Positions 62,648 through 64,000 of a DNA stretch of 64,000 bases are shown here, piece after piece. The position numbers were made by a program, and so were the translations under genes. The stretch is from Tubulanus polymorphus. Lineage: Eukaryota; Animalia; Nemertea. The stretch spans positions 10,428,962-10,492,961 of the forward strand of contig NC_134034.1 in assembly GCF_964204645.1 (NCBI RefSeq), given 5' to 3'. Each line of letters opens with the position of its first letter. The stretch's first letter is position 1. The notes beneath the pieces were generated by a model. It worked only from the letters and a program-made list of their open reading frames with translations. It was not told where the DNA came from and searched no databases.

Positions 62648-63783
62648 TCGCCTTTTGTTCCTTTTCTCGAAAAATCTAAAACCCCCTCGATCTCTTAAAC
62701 AAACAACTCATTTTTACTTATAACAACAAACGTTGACCTAATCGTACCCATAACTCCCCTTAATTAAACTGAACCCCTGAACATTGGTGTGTATAAAATT
62801 CCCTGTAAAGTTTGTAATAAAATATATATTGGTGCGATTTACACAAGCGCATCCGTGAGCATAAAAACGATGTTAAGCCTGAAAGTGATGATTGCCAATC
62901 ATGTTTACGAAACCAGCCACGATTTTGATTTTGAAAATACATCCATAATTTTCCCCTGTCCAGTAAAAAAATTAAACTACACATTATGGAATCGGCTCTG
63001 ATTATCGAAAACTTGGAAATTGTGTTAATTTGAATAACGGTTTCTCCTTCCACAACCTTTTGATCTCGCTTCTCTTGTACCCACGTCTTATTAATTCCCT
63101 CCATTGGTTGCCCTTATGAATATCACTTTTTACTCGTCTGCCCGTACTTCCAGGAATCCAGAGCTAGATATATCCCGGAGCGTTATTGGAGATTCCCCAA
63201 TAACGTAAAGTTGTATGATTTGTTTGACTCAAATTGCCAAACTCTTAAAAAATTGGCGTTGTATATACGCAAATGTTTAATACATTTCTAATGTTAAATG
63301 TTGCAATGTCTATTGTAAATTAATTTTGTGCTCTGTGCAATTGTATAATTGTGGAGTAAATAAACTTAACTTAACTTATTATCGCTTGCTTGTTTCCACG
63401 CACTCACTGATTATCGCCTTTCATGTTCCTTCCCTGTGTTTTCATCTGATTACCCTTAGCTTGTCCTCACGTTTTAATCACTTAAGTTTGTGTATTTTGT
63501 TTTTAAATTACTTTAATTTGTAATACCCCCCTGTTTGCTATTGCTTACTTTACTGTTGTTTTCCAGCCGTTATTTCATAACTTTAATCTATTCCCCTTTC
63601 AACTTTTTAATCACTCACTCTGTTTCTATTGTTTTGTTCTTTTATAAATATCTTGTAATATTCTCCTGTTCTGCGTACGCCTGATGATGGCTAACAGTCT
63701 TTAGCCGAAACGTTGCGCAAATATATATACTCTTCTATTCAAGTTTCTCGTTTTAGCTGCATTTATTGTGGGATTTCTCGCGT
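62648..63783 (+). mobile_element. 5'-truncated Penelope-like retroelement (GIY-YIG remnant) with 14-bp TSD
   Basis: GVYKIPCKVCNKIYIG...HKNDV...IANHVYETSHDFDFENTSII...ESALI (frameshifted). TSD ttatatcgtatcct at 62634-62647 and 63784-63797. A LINE 3' tail is nested at ~63150-63380. Confidence 0.85.
63676..63719 (+). ncRNA. minimal hammerhead ribozyme in the PLE terminal repeat
   Basis: tacgc-CUGAUGA-u-ggctaa/ttagcc-GAAA-c-GUU-gcgca; stem I has one mismatch. Confidence 0.72.
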
Positions 63784-64000
63784 TTATATCGTATCCTACC
63801 CGCCCCGACGATGCTTGATGACAGTATCACAATTATCAATTCATTATTCATACAAATTTTAATTTATCGTTTGCCCGTTTGCGCAATACTCGACGGTGCT
63901 TAGTACGTAGAATAGGGGCTTAGTGATATTTGCTTTATTAACGAACAGAACACCGCGCTGCTCGGCTACAGTTGACGCGAATTCTTATTAACGCTCATTA

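Overview
Eukaryotic (animal, invertebrate-like, no CpG depletion) genomic DNA with GT-AG spliced genes. Positions 1-28 kb contain no recognisable host gene; they hold minisatellites, MITEs, SINEs, LINE/Penelope remnants, a perfect 704-bp tandem duplication and a phased array of CTCF-like motifs. Genes in order: a 4-exon class A GPCR (+, 539 aa, prostanoid-receptor-like TM3 region); a cluster of three intact single-coding-exon genes for small secreted 6-Cys PAN/apple-like proteins plus one clear pseudogene and possibly a second (+); a 7-exon Rab18 (-, 205 aa) whose introns are packed with fold-back elements and a CORE-type SINE; a 6-exon SLC14/UT urea transporter (-, 380 aa) with non-canonical pore motifs; a tRNA-Arg(ACG); and a degenerate Penelope-like element carrying a minimal hammerhead ribozyme. 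Best leads: (1) the divergent secreted mini-PAN protein cluster, interspersed with CTCF-like motifs; (2) nearly every minisatellite here looks like a tandemly amplified transposon end (TIR or SINE head); (3) Penelope-borne minimal hammerhead ribozymes with 14-bp target duplications; (4) a ~104-bp mobile element with 9-bp TSDs that also carries Pol III A/B-box-like motifs. All calls are from reading the sequence by eye; no searches were run.
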